A stretch of 64,000 bases of DNA, taken from the NCBI GenBank assembly GCA_965220085.1, contig CBDCOZ010000003.1, positions 768,001 through 832,000 on the forward strand, read 5' to 3'. The stretch is from Candidatus Oxydemutatoraceae bacterium. Its GTDB lineage: Bacteria; Pseudomonadota; Gammaproteobacteria; Poriferisulfidales; Oxydemutatoraceae. A model generated the notes under the pieces. That model had not been told where the DNA came from. It worked only from the letters and a program-made list of their open reading frames with translations, and made no database searches. Positions 62,597 to 64,000 of this stretch are shown here, in pieces. The translations under genes were made by a program, and so were the position numbers. Numbering within the stretch: the first letter of the stretch is position 1; every line of letters starts with the position of its first letter.

Positions 62597-64000
62597 ATGG
62601 AAGCTCTTTATACCGCGCGGCAAAGTCGCGAGATCGATCGCAGCGTAATCAAAGACACGCCCATTGACGGCTACGCGCTGATGTGTCGCGCCGGCGAAGC
62701 GTGTCGCAAACACTTGATGGCGCGCTGGCCGCGGACACAGCGCGTGATAGCGTATGCGGGAAGCGGCAACAACGGCGGCGATGCGTATGTCATCGCGCGC
62801 CTGTTGCGCGAGGCCGGCGTGTCGGCGCGCGCGGCGGCAATCGGCGCGCCGCAAGACTTGCGCGGCGAAGCCGCGCGAGCGCATGCCGACTATGTCGATG
62901 CCGGCGGCGAGATGACGACCGTGTCGGATGCGCGGTCGGCTGATGCGGATGTCGTCATCGACGGCGTGTTCGGCAGCGGTTTGTCGCGTCCCTTGTCCGC
63001 CGACCTGTGCGCCGTGATAGAAGCGATGAATCAAACGCCCGCAAAACGTTTTGCGATCGATATTCCTTCCGGCTTGAGCGCGGATACGGGTTGCCCGCTG
63101 CCTGTGGCGGCGGTCGCGGACATGACCGTGTCATTGATCACCCGCAAGCAAGGGCTTTACACGGGCGCGGCAAAAGACTTTTGCGGCGAGTTGGTGTTTG
63201 ACGATTTGCAAGCGCGAGCGGAGACTTTTGAAGCGCCCTCGGCGCGCTTGACAAGTTACCTTGATTGCAAGCGCTTTTTTGCGCCGCGCAAAGCGGACAC
63301 GCACAAAGGCATGTTTGGCCGCTTGTTGATCGTCGGCGGCGATTACGGGATGGCCGGCGCGGTGTGTTTGGCCGGACTCGCCGCGTTGCGCGCCGGCGCC
63401 GGACTCGTAACCTGCGCCACCCGTCCCGAACACGCGCGGCACATCGGCGTGGCGCACCCCGAGCTGATGACATGCGGCGTATCCGCCGCCGCTGAGTTGG
63501 ACTCAGCTTTGCAACGCGCGACCGCGGTGGCGTTGGGCCCCGGTTTGGGGCGGGGCGCTTGGGGCGAAAGTCTGTTTGACCGAGTGGCGCAATGCGAGGC
63601 GCCGGTCATAGCGGATGCCGATGCGCTGCGCATTCTCTCCGAGAAGAAAAAACTGCCCGAGGCGGGACGATGGATACTGACGCCCCACCCCGGCGAAGCC
63701 GCCGCCTTGCTCGGCTTGTCTGCCGCGCAGGTGCAGGCTGATCGATTCGCGGCGTTGGCCGCATTGCGCGCGCGCTATGCGGCGACTCCCGTTTTGAAAG
63801 GAGCGGGCACGCTGATTGCGGCGAACGAGCAAGCGTTGATCTGCGACGGCGGCAATTCGGGCATGTCGAGCGCGGGCATGGGGGATGTATTGAGCGGCGT
63901 TTTGGGCGGATTGGTCGCGCAGGGGATGCCGCCCGATGATGCGGCCATCGCCGCGGTATGCATTCACGCACAAGCCGGGGACTGCGCCGCGAGCGCCAAG
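62597..64000 (+). CDS. nnr: Bifunctional NAD(P)H-hydrate epimerase/dehydratase (runs off the window)
   Basis: My translation: LMCRAG, GSGNNGGD, IDGVFGSG, IDIPSG, HKGMFG, GPGLG, DADAL, LTPHPGEA, AGMGDVLSG. Confidence 0.92.
   Translation, partial: MEALYTARQSREIDRSVIKDTPIDGYALMCRAGEACRKHLMARWPRTQRVIAYAGSGNNGGDAYVIARLLREAGVSARAAAIGAPQDLRGEAARAHADYVDAGGEMTTVSDARSADADVVIDGVFGSGLSRPLSADLCAVIEAMNQTPAKRFAIDIPSGLSADTGCPLPVAAVADMTVSLITRKQGLYTGAAKDFCGELVFDDLQARAETFEAPSARLTSYLDCKRFFAPRKADTHKGMFGRLLIVGGDYGMAGAVCLAGLAALRAGAGLVTCATRPEHARHIGVAHPELMTCGVSAAAELDSALQRATAVALGPGLGRGAWGESLFDRVAQCEAPVIADADALRILSEKKKLPEAGRWILTPHPGEAAALLGLSAAQVQADRFAALAALRARYAATPVLKGAGTLIAANEQALICDGGNSGMSSAGMGDVLSGVLGGLVAQGMPPDDAAIAAVCIHAQAGDCAASAK

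Overview
A GC-rich chromosomal window, gammaproteobacterial by gene content and order. The backbone is housekeeping: pntAB, rimP-nusA-infB-rbfA-truB, hisC-tyrA-aroA-cmk-rpsA-ihfB-lapB-comEA, galU, xseB-ispA-dxs, fdhD, erpA, anmK, tyrS, pilA-pilC-pilD-coaE-zapD, nadE, bamD, rluD-pgeF-clpB and nnr. Three islands (about 5.1-12.1 kb, 18.4-21.1 kb and 29.5-35.0 kb) hold four transcription units encoding ten secreted proteins. Their passenger domains differ (PPC-like repeats, Cys-rich domains, Ig/cadherin-like domains), but all ten end in the same tail, RLRLR(L/I)FLEGPLR-stop, written with different synonymous codons. The first gene of each unit has a long poly-C tract (C19, C12, C20, C27) between the ATG and the signal peptide. 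As assembled, one is in frame and three are frameshifted, which suggests ON/OFF phase variation. The units also share a promoter and a CACAAACA/TGTTTGTG leader motif, and one unit is a translationally coupled five-gene array with hypervariable loops. I read this as a candidate undescribed phase-variable surface-display system with a C-terminal sorting or docking signal (inference). The window also has many microhomology-bounded tandem duplications, including six copies of a 325-bp unit at the pntA/pntB junction; some could be assembly artefacts. I found no rRNA, tRNA, CRISPR array, integrase or transposase.
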